From assembly GCA_033442325.1 (NCBI GenBank), contig JAWQFM010000008.1, positions 1,895,309 through 1,959,308 on the forward strand: DNA of 64,000 nucleotides. Reading direction: 5' to 3'. Source of the stretch: Salpingoeca rosetta. Its lineage: Eukaryota > Protista > Choanoflagellata. The position numbers were made by a program, and so were the translations under genes. Below are positions 39,245 through 57,831 of the stretch, in pieces. The number at the start of each line of letters is the position of its first letter. Position 1 is the first letter of the stretch. A model generated the notes under the pieces. The model had not been told where the DNA came from. It made no database searches and saw nothing but the letters and a program-made list of their open reading frames with translations.

Positions 39245-42200
39245 ATGAAGTTGACGGCGAAGATTGCCGTCCTCTTTGGCGGGCTTTTCGCCCTTGCTTC
39301 ACACACCATCGCCAGCACCCCCTGCGATCCAAGCAGCGATTGCTGCCTCACCGGTTTCGCCCAAGTCACTGTTGAGGACTTTGGCCTGACAACCATCAGC
39401 GCACAGTCCGAGGGAAATTGCTCACAGGCACAGGGTGTGGTCACCATCCTGTGCGTCCGTGACGCCGTCACAGGCAGCTGCCCTCACCCTCTCTACGATG
39501 TCTCGCTGGCCCACGCCTCACTGACAATCGTGGCCCCAGACGGCAGAGCTCAGAATGCCACATGCGTGAGCGGTCCTTGCGATGGGCACCCAGTTAACGT
39601 GACTGGCGTCTATCGCTTCGCTGACCCTGCCGGTAAGAGTGACAGCGTATGTTGAGGAGGAGGGAATTACTTAGACAAGAGAAAGCGTTTGGCTTGCCAC
39701 ATGCATGACAAACAGAGAGGGAGAGATAGCTTGCGTGCGCGTGTATTCGTGCGCGTGTGGCCCACTGCCCCTCTGGCGTTCGCAGTGCACAATATGTCAT
39801 GCACACACTTTTTGTGTGTGTGTGTTTTGTTTCTTTTGCGTGCGTTCGACACGTCCTGTCCATCACGCACGCACATACACACACACGCACACGCACTTCC
39901 CGCGTGCCAATGCATTTCACTTCCCCTGAACCCCTCATGTTCACCACATGCACATGCAATTGTTTGTTTTGGCTGTGTTTGCAGGCTGGCACTACTACGA
40001 GGGGTCAGAATACCTCTTCAAGGACACAAGCGTGGACTTTGACGAGGCGCGCGCATTCTGCCAGAGCCTCGGTGCCGACCTTCCTGTGGTCGACACACGT
40101 CAAGAGAACGAATTCATCGATTCACTCACGCGGGATCTCACAGAGTCCGTGTGGCTCGGTGCACACCTGCTACAGGACCCCTTGCGGGTGACCTGGGTTG
40201 ATGGCAGCGAAGGCATCGCTTTCGAAAACGACACGTTCTACGACGATTGCACCTTCGGCGTTGACTGCCTCTTCCAGAAGAACGAGCCAAACAACTTCAA
40301 CGGCGAAGAGTTTTGTCTGAGCCAGGGGCATCCCACAAAGCCGGGACAATCATCTGGTTGGAACGATGCTGACTGCTCCGTGCGCAAGTCTATCGTCTGC
40401 GAACGCAAAAGTAAGTGCGCCTACCAACCGCGTGGATCACGTTGTTGAAGCTCGTGACACCACATGTGTGTGTGTGTGCAGGTGGAGCTTGCGTGACTCA
40501 TTTAAGGTTTTGGATCGTGCGCTCGTGACAGCGACACACCAGTCAGTTCACGCGCATCAACACACCTCACGCAATATTTGCACGGGGTGTTCTCGGCATT
40601 GTGTATCATTTGCTTGTTATTTGCACAGTCTTGTGCTCCTCCAGGCTTGGCCTTGACGCCATGCTGCAAACGGATTGCGTGCTGCCCGTGCCATCGGGCG
40701 ACCAGTGCAATGCGCGGTGCGAGGCCGGCTTCGAGCCCCAGAACCCAGTCCTGATCACCTGCAGCAACGAGGGCATCCTTGTGGGTGGGCCAACCTGCGA
40801 GCCGGTGGACTGCGGTCCTGTTGTCACCACGTTACCAGCAAACGCCACGGCAGACTGCTCCAGCTTGATTGACACCCGCTACAAGGGACAGGCTTGTGAG
40901 GCGCAATGCGATGTGGGGTTCGAACTACAAGGCGACCCGACGTTTACGTGTGGCACAGACGGGCTCTGGACCGCCAGCATGACGTGCAACCCTGTTGACT
41001 GCGGTCCGACGCCAGACCTGCCAAACAACACCGTCGCAGACTGTTCCGCAAGCACCGTCTATGGCGGACAGCCCTGCCACGCAGCGTGTGCACCAGGGTA
41101 CGAGACAACACAAGAATCAGAGGACGGCATCTACACGTGCACAGCTGACGGAGAGTGGGTCGGCGAAATTTCTTGCACAAGAAAAGATTGTGGCACGACA
41201 ATCGCAGATTTGCCAGTGAACGCCAGCGCAAATGAGTGTGGTGGTGACACGGCTTTCGGTGGCGACGACTGCGAGGCGAGCTGCGATGCCGGGTATGAGC
41301 CTGTGTCTGGCACGTCGACGACGTTTACGTGCGGCACTGATGGCATGTGGCAGGGCGACCTTGCGTGCCAGCCTGTTGACTGCGGGTCGACGATCACTGT
41401 GACGAACGGTGGTGCGACGTGCAGCGGCAGCACGGTGTACACTGGCGACGACTGCGAGGCGAGCTGCGATGCCGGGTATGAGCCTGTGTCTGGCACGTCG
41501 ACGACGTTTACGTGTGGCACTGACGGCATGTGGCAGGGCGACCTTGCGTGCCAGCCTGTTGACTGCGGGTCACTCTCAGATTTCATTTCTGACGCATTTG
41601 CAAGTGTGAACTGCGCGTCGTCGACTTTCACATCCACCTGCTCTGCCACTTGTGTCCCGGGCTACGAGCCCTCACCCGAATCAAATGTGTCATCCACTGA
41701 CTCGGCAGTTGCTGAATTCACCTGTGGTCCGTTTGGATCATGGCAGGGGGCGCTTGACTGTGTGCACATCTCTTGTGGGAGCATCTCCGATGCGCTTGCT
41801 GATGAGTTTGTGACACTTGCCAGCGATAGCGAAGAATGTGCTCTTGACGGCAACCGGTGTCCTGCCGCCAACGTCACTTGTCCACCTGGGTATGAGCTGT
41901 CGACTGGTGGCAGCGTGCACACAATGACGTGCAAGATTGATGGTGCTTGGAGCGAGAGCCCGACGTGCCAGCGCGTCAGCTGCGGGCCGTTCGTGCCTAA
42001 CCTTGATCCCGAGGCCCAGCAGGACGCGTGTCTTGATTTCCGCTTTGGAGACGTATGCGAAATTGGATGCCGGGCGGGCTATGTGTCCAATGGCGATGCA
42101 GATCAGGGCGTCTTTACTTGTGATGAGACTGGCGAGTGGCAAGGCACTTTGACATGCGATCCCGTTGACTGTGGTCCAATGCCGTCTGGGCTGCCGGACA

Positions 42201-43757
42201 ACATTACGTCCCAGTGCTCTAACACCAAGCTTGGCGATACCTGTGAGCTGTCTTGCGACGCACCCTTCTTCACCAAAGGCTCGAACATGTTCAAGTGCAC
42301 GGAGCAAGGGGTATGGATTGGCGGATGCGACCTCGAGTGCCTCGGTACGTTGCGGTGTTTATTTGGCCTTGCTTTGCTTTGGTTTGGTTTGCTTTGCTTC
42401 GATCGAATCGGTTTCTACCTCTATGCCGCTTACATTGGGATGAAAGTCCGTCATGACACGTGCCCTACTGACGCGTACGATGTGCTCTTGGCCCCCTGTC
42501 CATGCTCTTTGACTTGCAGCCTTTGATGTTGCCACTCAGGTTGGCGATTCTGTGTTTGCCTTCATCGAGACTCCCATGACGTTTAGCAAGGCACAGGTCA
42601 ACTGCCTTGAGCTCGGTGGCAACCTGGCGAGCGTCAGCAACGATGCAGAGAATGATGCCATCTTCAACCTCAACCCTGTTATTGAGGCGCGGTGGCTTGG
42701 CGGGTTTGTGCCAGAGGGTGATGAGCACTCTGCTGCTGCGTTCCAGTGGGTGGATGGTTCTTCCTTCAACTATACCAACTGGGCTTCTGGCGAGCCGAAT
42801 GATTACCTGCAGAAGGAAGACTGCACAAGCATGCACACTTTGTCCGGTCGCAATGCCTTGGCTGGAGAGTGGAACGACGTCTCCTGTACTGCCAAGATCC
42901 CATCAGTGTGTGAAATCAATGTGGCATATCACGGTAGGTTGCTGCCTGCTGCGATGATGCTCTTGGTGTTCTTGCTGCTGCGGTGGTGATGGCTGTTGTT
43001 TGTCTGTTTGTTTGCGGCTGTTCGTGTTCGTGTTTGTTTGCGGGCTGTTGTATGTGTGAGCTGCGGTTGATTCTCATGCCGCTTCATCTTGCGATTATGT
43101 GCAGGTGCGGATCCGTACTCCTGCGATGCCCCGTTCGAGTTGGCATTTTCGTCTGAGGGCTTTTTCAACCCTGGCTTCCGGTTCAGCACGGCATTTGAGC
43201 CGTCGGCCCAGGAGTTTGAGGTGACGTACTCGGACACGGACAGCATTACGGCGTACTCTGCTTGCTCCGACCACTGCCTGCAGAATACGGCGTGTGTCGG
43301 TTTCTACCTACAGACGCAAGGAGACTCGTTCCTGTGCATTGGGTTGAATGATCTCGGGTACGCGCAGCAGACGACCGTGACTTCGTCCAGCTACGCCCGC
43401 ACTGGCTATCCTGTGCCTGGCACCACCTCGACCACCACGACGACCACCACGACGACGTCTGCGTATGCATGCACAGAGTATGCGGGCTTCACGATTGAGA
43501 TGGTGGCGAACGCCGACTGCCAGGTCCCCGGTGACGGTGATCTCGTCACCAGCGCTTACTCCAACCCGCTGTTCCACATTGGCACGTACGCTGATGGCGA
43601 AGTTGATCAGTGCGTGAGTGACTGCAGCAGTGACAGCGAATGCCTGCTGTTTGTGGTCGAGTACGTTGATGATGAGGAGCGCTGCACGACGCTGCGGTAT
43701 CTGGGCATCGAAGAGGAGACGGGCCTGCGCGTCGTCACCTACCACAAGCAGCAGTAG
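39245..43757 (+). CDS. Secreted mosaic lectin: signal peptide, Cys-rich domain, C-type lectin, 9 CCP/sushi-like repeats, C-type lectin, two PAN/apple-like domains (1198 aa)
   Basis: Exons 39245-39632, 39985-40410, 40629-42344, 42520-42933, 43105-43757 (3597 nt). Both CTLs have WLG, EPN and WND motifs. Repeats follow C..C..C..CxxG(Y/F)..C..GxW..C. Confidence 0.88.
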
Positions 43758-44123
43758 AGCGCAGCCAGTGCATCAGTACCTGTCCGCTTGACACTGCTCA
43801 CTTGGTTTTGTTGTTTATGTTGTTAGTTTGTTGTCAAAGAAGTGTCTGAAGGTAGTGAGTTATGCTGTGGTTGGTTGTGTGGCTGGCTGCTGACCGTTGC
43901 TTTTCAATTGTATGTTGGGTGCTTGTTCACCTATGACGCACGTTCTTCATGTGCACGTTCAATCTTGCTGTCTCTCGGTGTGTGTGTGCGTGTGCGTGTG
44001 TCTTCTTGTTCGTCTTTGTATTGCGGCAAAGTGCAACGCAATAAATTGTGCCCTTTGCAAATTTGCAAAATCATTTTGCCTGCAGCACGTGGAACAAGAG
44101 AAAGGACACCCACACAGCCACGG

Positions 44124-44159
<36 letters not shown>

Positions 44160-44172
44160 GAGCACCGTCACC

Positions 44173-44746
44173 ATGGGGAAGAAGAGCAAAGGGCGCAAGT
44201 TCATTGACAAGAATGATCCAAACACGTTCACGTTCACGCTGGTGCATCGCAGCCAACATGACCCACGCGCTGCAGACCCCACCGCATCACAGTATGTCCT
44301 GCAGCCGGTGGAATCGAGAAACGCGGCGCGCCGCAAACGCCGCGAGGCCCGCAAAACCCGCCAGCCGGGTCAGGCATCCGCACCCTCGGCAGCATCGTCT
44401 GCAACCTCCCATACACAACTCCCGGAGCTTGGACTCCCCATCCAAGAAGAGCAGGAGCGACCTCAAGGGCGCCCTCGCCTCGGTCGGCAACACCCGCACG
44501 CCTCCAGCCGCGCCGTCTCCAACACACACGTTAACCTTGATGAGGGTGGCCATGCTTCTGACCAGGACGATAATCAACAAGACACGTGAGCTTGGCCCAA
44601 CGTGGCGGCGGCCGTGGGCGTGCTTGCATTTGGAGTGGCGCTTACATTTGGGGTGGCGCGCATATTGATCAGATGCGTTGCTGCGAACTGGTCGCCAGAT
44701 CTGTACTTCTGTGCAGCACTTTGTGTCTCAATCCGCACACATGTGT

Positions 44747-44822
<76 letters not shown>

Positions 44823-47286
44823 TCACTCACTCACACAAGCACACACTCACTCACATGCACATGAACTTATACATGCACACCCCTCACACGCACGCATGCA
44901 CGCATGCATGCTGTTAGGAACTCCAACGAGCGGCCTGAGATGTACGGCATTTACTACGATGACGACTACGACTACTTGCAGCACTTGCGCGAGCCGGGCG
45001 CACCCGGGGCAGACACGTACTTTGTGGACGAGCAATCCAAGTTCGAGTACCTTGCGCGACAGGGCGTGGTGCAGCACGATAAACTGAGCCTGCCGGAGGA
45101 GGTGCTGCCCTCTGTTGGTGAAGAGGAGGTTGGTCTGCTTGCACGCGCAGCGCCACACAGCGGGCCGCGTCTTGACTGGGATCCCGATGTTGTGGAGGCG
45201 CTCGATGATGACACGCTCGCCGTGGACCAAGGGGCCGAGGAAGCCGGCGTATTTGAAGACTACCTCAATGCGGTCCGTGCACTAGCTGTGTTGTGTGCTC
45301 ACATCAGCTCGTACACCTGCTTAGCCCACCCCTCCCATCACGGCCACACACACACACACGCACGCACACACGCACACGCACACACGCACACGCACGCACA
45401 CACATACACACATACACAAACTGTTCTCATCTGCTTGTTGCTGCTGCCATGTCTCCGTCTCCTTCATGCACAACGCTGCTTTCACACCCCATCGCTCACT
45501 GCCCTCTGTAGGTGCTGGCTGGTGACGAAGACAACAAGTACGCCGACGATGATGATGGCGATTACTTTGACGATGATGATGATGATGATGATGATGACTT
45601 GCGCACACCGCACCAGAGCGATGATGAGGATGGCCCACACCTCGCTGTCAGCGATGACGATGGTGAGGATGATGATGCTGAAGATGATGGCAGAGCGAAG
45701 CGCAACGCAGCTGCAGGGTTTTCATCGTACGACGACATCTGGCGGCAGATTGGCCACGGCACACGGCCCGACGCGTCGGCGGCGCGTGCCAAGACGGAGG
45801 TCAAGTCCCGGTTTACGGAGTACAGCATGACATCGTCCGTGTTACCGCGCTCGGAGGTGCTGCAGGACCTTGACGAAGGATTCGAGGTCTTCTTCGAGAA
45901 GGTGCGCTTGCACATGCGCACGTGCTTTGTGGTGGCGGCGGTGGCGGCGGCGGTAGTGGCAACTTCATTGTTCGTGGCGTTTCCATCTGGGGTGGGGTGC
46001 TTCTGAGACGTTCCTTGTGCTGATGCAAGAGTGAGGCGCACACAGCGTGCACACGTGAACACTCACGCACACACACTCACACACACACACACACACATCA
46101 TACACATGCATATGCGTGACGTGTATCTGCACGTACATGCGCGCGCTTCGGTTTGGATTGGGTGTGTTGTGTCATCTTGCTTCGTGTACTTGAAACACAG
46201 TACGACGACGAGAACATTGGCAGCTTGGACGAGATTGCAGACGAGGCCGACATGATGTTTAGCGAAAGCGACGTCAGGGCCCTTGAGGTTCGTGTACGCG
46301 CGCGCGCGCGTGTGTGTTTATGTATGTGTGCGTCTGTGTGTGCATGCGTGTGTCGGAGTGGTTCGTGGTTGTAGCAGCTTGCTGGATATGCATGAACACG
46401 CGCCTTTTGATTCACCCTTACACACACACACACAAACACAAACACACACACACACACGTGCGCAGGAGGAGATGGATGACTTTTGCGACGAGATGAAGAC
46501 GATGGGGCTGATGCGAGACAAGGACGTGTCGTATCGTATTGAGCGCGAGCAAACACGCCGAGCCCGCAAGGAGCAGCGGAGTGCAAGTGCCAAGCAGTCC
46601 ACCACAGCTGCAGCGGAGCACATCAAGTCTGCCGGTGGTGACGATGCGGATGAAACGAGCAGCCAGGGCACGATTGGTGCACGCCCCAACGAAAGCGACG
46701 GCGAGGACTACGAAGATGATGACGAGGAGGAACGCGTTATGGTCGTCGTGGCTGGACAGGCAAGTCTTCGAGTTTGCGTTTAGGTTGAGTTGGGGAGGGT
46801 GGAACAGAGCTGACATGGACGCTCATGTGCAGGGTAGTGTGGCATTTATTCTTGCACACACACATGTGATTGTGTTCGCCTTTGTGGTTGTGGAGCGATG
46901 ACCACGTTTGACACAATCCTCACCTTGTGTGCTGCTCTGCTCCGTGTGTGTGTTTGTAACAACTGTGTACGTGTGTGTATTATGTTCATGTGTTGGCGTG
47001 TTTACGTGTTGACGTGTTGTGTACGTGTACACGTGTTCATATGTGCGTCTTCAGCCCAAATCGCGCCGGGAGTGGGACTGCGAATCCGTGCTGTCCCTGC
47101 GCAGCACGCTGTACAACCACCCAACAGTCATTGACGAGGGCCGGGGACGCCGTCGGCAGCGAGGGCGCGACCGGTCCGCAAACAGCACCGCCGCAAACCC
47201 GTCAAAGCACATCCAGATCGACCCAAAGACTGGCATTCCGGTCTGTTGTGTTGTGCGTTGTGCATTGTGTGTGTGTGTGTGTGTGT

Positions 47287-47323
<37 letters not shown>

Positions 47324-47715
47324 ATCCTCGGACGTTATTTGGCCCAGCCAGCCGTCTGCCGCAATCGTTGCTGCCTCGCCTGTGCAGCGTTGACGTCGAC
47401 ATTATCGCCAAGCTCACTAAAGCGCGCTGCCACTCGTATGTGCATGTGTGTGTATGTGTGTGTGTGTGTGCTGCTTTGCCTCTAGGTTGAAGGGCTTGCG
47501 CTGATTGGGCGGGCGAAGCAGGACGACAACGACTCGGACTCTGACAGTGACGGCCCCGCGCCAAACCTTGGGGAGTCGAGGCCTAAGGTGAGCTGTGATG
47601 CATGCGAGCACGCGGACACGGACGCTCTGCCACATACGCACACAAGCACACACACACACCCACCCACACACGCACACTCGCACAAACACAAACACACGCA
47701 CACACACACACACAC

Positions 47716-47794
<79 letters not shown>

Positions 47795-48011
47795 TGCTTA
47801 CATCCACGGATATACCAACAGCTCACTCACCTCACCCAATGCCGACTCGCCCTCTTGTCCCCCTTTTGTCCAGAACGAATCGAAGGAAGAGAAGAAAGCG
47901 CGCAAGAAGGCGATCAAGGCGCAGCGCCAGGCACGCCGTGCACAGAAGAAGCAGACGAAGCAGGCGTTCAAGGAGGAAATGGCAAAGCAGCAGAAGATGC
48001 GAGCTGCTTGA
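44173..48011 (+). CDS. LTV1: 40S biogenesis factor LTV1
   Basis: KFIDK...FTLVHRSQHDP, YGIYYDDDYDYLQHL, KSRFTEYSMTSSVLPRSE, YDDENIGSLD, WDCESVLS..STLYNHP, ESKEEKKARKKAIK. Confidence 0.95.
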
Positions 48012-48520
48012 AGGCCTCATGTTGACCGCTGTCACTCTGTTTTGTCGTTTCGTTTCGTTGCGATGCGTGAGTGAGTGAGTGTGTATGTGTGAGTGTGTAT
48101 GTGTGTGCTGTTGTCGTTCTCTATCAGCGATATTGTTGTCTTACTGCTTCAACTCTGTGTATGTGTGCATGTGTATGCAAACGTGTGTGTTGTGTTTCCT
48201 CCTCCAAATAAAACAATGTTCCGTCCCCAGCGTGGTGTCACGCACAACACGTCATTGTGATGATGTGTCCGTGCAAAAGTGTTCTGTTGCCACCATGGCC
48301 ATGGGTGTGTGAATGTAAATGTAAATGTAAATGTAAATGTTCGAGACACGGGGCAACGAGCCAGCCCAGAGCAGTTGCAAGACAAGACAGCAACAAGTGC
48401 GCTCATGCACGACACAACACAACAGGCAGGTGAAGGAAGTCAACAACCGAATCAAAAGAAAGAAAGTGGGAGGGGGGACGTGGTGCAGTGAGACACAATG
48501 TGGCTGACTTCAGGCGCGTG

Positions 48521-49804
48521 TCAGAGATCATCAAAGAAAGCTCTTGTTTTGGGCTTGCTTGACTTGCTCTTCTTCTTTGGCCTCAGCTGCTGGTGTTCAA
48601 TGGCCAGGAGATCATCATCATCATCATCATCATTATCATCATCATCGTCGTCCTTGTCATTGTCGTCGTCATTGTTGTCGTCATTGCCTTGATCATTGCC
48701 AGCACTAGTCACCTTGGCGCCCTCTTGTTCCGCACCATCGTCACCATCACCATCACCATCACCACTGTCATCGCCGCCACCAACTGCCTCGTCTGCGTTG
48801 TCGGCTTCGACTTTGTGTTCGTCGTCGTCATCGTCGTTTGTCGCAAACACCTCCTCCCTCTTGGCCACAACTTTGCTCCTGTCCCAGAAACGAACTGTCT
48901 TGTCCTGTGCGCACGACGCAACCCACTTGCGGTCATCTGTAATGCACAATGCATCGAAAATGCGACAGCAAGTGTTGCATGTGTGTATGGAAGAATCGTA
49001 GGGGTGAAAAGCACGCTTGATGGTGATGAAAGAATCATGCGCACACATTGACATCGGCACACAGACACAGACACACAGATACACAAACACAGAGATACAC
49101 AAACACACAGATACACAGACACACAGATGCACACACACCACAACTCCACAGTCCTCTTCCTCCTCCTTTCCCCCCAAAACAAGCGGTTGCATGAGCACAT
49201 ACATGACATTGCAAAGGCCTCGACGGCGTCCTTGTGTGAACCGATGCGCGCCACGACCCTGTTGGGAAACACGCTGACCACGCGCACGCCGCCGTCCAGG
49301 CTGCCAATCAGCACAGCATCGTCGTCGACGCTGATCATGGCATCCACGGAGACGTCTGTCGGGTGTCCAACCACACGGTCACTCATATCGCCCCATCGTC
49401 CAGTCTGCAAGCACGGATTGAGTGTTCGGGAGCAAGGAGGGAAGGGGGGCTGTGAGTTGACCGTTGACAGTTGACAGTTGAAGGCTGAAGGGGAAGGGAA
49501 GGTTGCCAGGGTGGGTTGGTTGCAAGGGCGTGCGTGCGGGCAACCGCATTGGTGTGGGATGAAGGCGAATGCTTGCTTTCGTGCAGGTGCTGGCGTGGGA
49601 TGTCAATCACGTACCGTGTACATTGGCATCGAGCCGTTTTCGGCACCGCATAGAACCTTCGCTCCACCGTGAACGACCGAGAGGCACGTGAGCCCGTACT
49701 CCACTTGATCGGACGTCTGGCGGTGGTCCCGACGGACAGAAGAACGACACGCGATGAGCGGCGGTGCACACGCTGCATGCACATGCGCATGCAGGAGCAC
49801 GAGG

Positions 49805-49857
<53 letters not shown>

Positions 49858-49946
49858 CGTGTGCGTGCGTGGCCAATGGTGTCTGGTGCTTGCTGACCTT
49901 TGTCGTCTTTGCAGAAATGTCGCGTGCGCTCAACCGGCCGTCACCG

Positions 49947-49987
<41 letters not shown>

Positions 49988-51713
49988 TACATACACACAC
50001 ATACATACATACATACATACATACATACACACACATACATACATACATACATACACACATACATACATACATACATACATACATACATACATACATACAT
50101 ACATACATACATAAGTGAGTACGTTTGGGTAACGTCAAATCATGTGTTCGTAGGCATTGTCAGGGTAAATGACTGACTGACCCAGCAGCGAGGAGTGTGT
50201 TGTCGATGGAGGTCATATTAGAGACAAACTGCTCGTGTGCATTGTACGACTGCACCATCTCCCGCGTGCGCCGGTCCCATAACTGCCACGCGTCATATGT
50301 GTTTTGCGCGCGTGTGAGTGTATGCGAGTGTATGTGTGTGAGTGTGAGTGAGTGTGAGTGAGTGAGTGAGTGAGTGAGTGAGTGAGTGAGTGAGTGAGTG
50401 AGTGAGTGAGTGAGTGAGTGAGTGAGTGAGTGAGTGAGTGAGTGAGTGAGTGAGTGAGTGAGTGAGTGAGTGTGTGTGTGTGTGAGTGAGTGAGTGAGTG
50501 AGTGAGTGAGTGAGTGAGTGAGTGAGTGAGTGAGTGAGTGTGTGAGTCAGTGAGTGAGTGAGTGAGTGAGTGTGTGTGTGTGTGAGTGTGTGTGTGTGTG
50601 TGTGAGTGTGTATGCATGGTATTGCCTGCCAAGGACATGTCACAAGCTCACCCTGATGCCGCCGTTGTCGTCGCCAGATGCGAGCACGCCGTTGCTCAAG
50701 AGCGTCAGGCAGTTGATCGGGTGCCTGAATGCAGAATTTGCAGTGTGCGTGTGTGCGAGGGAGACGTCCACGTTTGCGGGGCATGAGCGTAACAAAGGGT
50801 ACACTTAAGCTGTTAGGTTGGCAGCTGTGGCGTTTCAATGTGCAACCACATGCAGGAGCGGAGTGATTAAGCTTACTTGTGGCTCTGCTCCCGGCGGTGC
50901 ACCACGGTTCCAGAAACGACGTCAATTACCTGCAGACTGGCATCGCTGGATGCCGTGAACAGGCCTATGCATTGCCAGTACAGTGGTTGGTGCGTGGCGA
51001 GCGGTGAACATGGAAAACAAAGGGAAGGGGAGAGAGAGGCCAAGACGAGAGCCGGTGCGCATTGCAAGCCAGGCATTTGCACTTCACTCCTTGCTTGCGT
51101 ACATGCACAAGGCGGCATGGACAACGTACTGCGTCCGTCGTGAGAGAAGAGAACGGCGCGGCACGACGATTCGTGTTGTGATTCCATGGGGTGCTCCTCG
51201 TGTCCATCCGCAGAGTATTCGTACCTGTCACGCACCATTGCACGACATGAATGCCAGCATGATACAGTGTGCATGTGTGCGTGTGTGCGTGTGTGTGTGC
51301 GTGTGCGTGTGCATGTGCATGTGTTGTGCGTGTGTCTGTGTATGTGTGTATGTATGTATGTGTGTATGTATGCGTGCATGTGTGTGTGTGCATCTGTGTG
51401 CGTGTTTGTGTTGTGCGCGCGATCAGCACAAAGCGAGTCAACGACATCCAAGCAGCCAGCTCGCTAGCAGCCGGACTTACAGGGAAACTTCGCCCGTGAT
51501 GAGCCCTGTTGCCAACAGGCTGGTTGTGGGGTGGAAATCGATGTCGAAGACAACTTCCTCCAACCTCAGCGGGCTGGGCTTGCCATTCGTGTCAGCCTGT
51601 TAACGAACCCACGCATATGATGCCGCGTGAGTCACCCACCATCACCCACAAGCAACAACAAAGGCAGCAAGCATACAACAACAACGCAACACGTGGGACG
51701 AGTCGCGCACCAT
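48521..51713 (-). CDS. WDR55: WD repeat protein 55 (Jip5-like)
   Basis: ATG-only first exon, then VFDIDFHPTTSLLATGLITGEV, HESSCRAVLFSHDG, LASGDDNGGI, GDMSDRVVGHP, GSLDGGVRVVSVFPNR, an acidic tail and terminal FFDDL. Confidence 0.88.
49983..50112. repeat. (TACA)n microsatellite in a WDR55 intron
   Basis: Read directly from the sequence. Confidence 0.9.
50340..50572. repeat. (TGAG)n microsatellite in a WDR55 intron
   Basis: Read directly from the sequence. Confidence 0.92.
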
Positions 51714-51813
51714 ATCCGTTGTTATGTTGAAACAGCATAAATTGTAGCGAACGCGCACACTCGCAGATACACTCACATCAATCGTCAACCAGCCAACACC
51801 ACCAGCACCAGCC

Positions 51814-57283
<5,470 letters not shown>

Positions 57284-57551
57284 GCCAAGCACCACGGATC
57301 ATGCACACGCAGAACATAGAGCATTTACAGCAAATGCACACGCATTTCACATGTGGTTGTGCAAGCACATACGCGTTGTTTTTGTTGTTGCTGTGGGGTG
57401 TTACACTTTGTAGGGCCGTGGGTTGTATTGGTGGGTGGTGTGGTGTCACGTGTGTACGGTTGACTGTGGGCGAAAACATGCATGTGTGGGTGAATCCTTC
57501 TACTTTTGTGTTGTTGCTGCTGTTGTTGACGACACTGCGTCCTCATGTGGC

Positions 57552-57585
<34 letters not shown>

Positions 57586-57831
57586 GCTGGTTGTGGTGGC
57601 TCTGCTCACTGCTGTCGTATGACTCTGGCTGGGGTGAATGAACGAATGAATGTGCGAGCAAAAACATGCGTGGTGTATGCGAGTGCGGTTGAAGCGTCGT
57701 GGGCTGGCGGCAATAAGCGAGTGGGAACATATGTGGTGTTGTAGTGGTTGTCATTGACAGCATCATCATGATCATCATCACGATCATGATCATCATGATC
57801 ATTATCGTGATCATTTTCGTCATCATGATCA

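Noticed and set aside
42934-42989. Hydrophobic tail (LLPAAMMLLVFLLLRW) if intron 4 of the lectin gene were retained, resembling a GPI or TM anchor; a similar tail follows 42344
   Set aside because: T/G-rich introns routinely translate as hydrophobic runs, and nothing in the sequence indicates retention.
39245-43757. Identification of the lectin gene as rosetteless
   Set aside because: As I recall, Rosetteless has two N-terminal CTLs, no CCP array and more exons. The architecture here differs.
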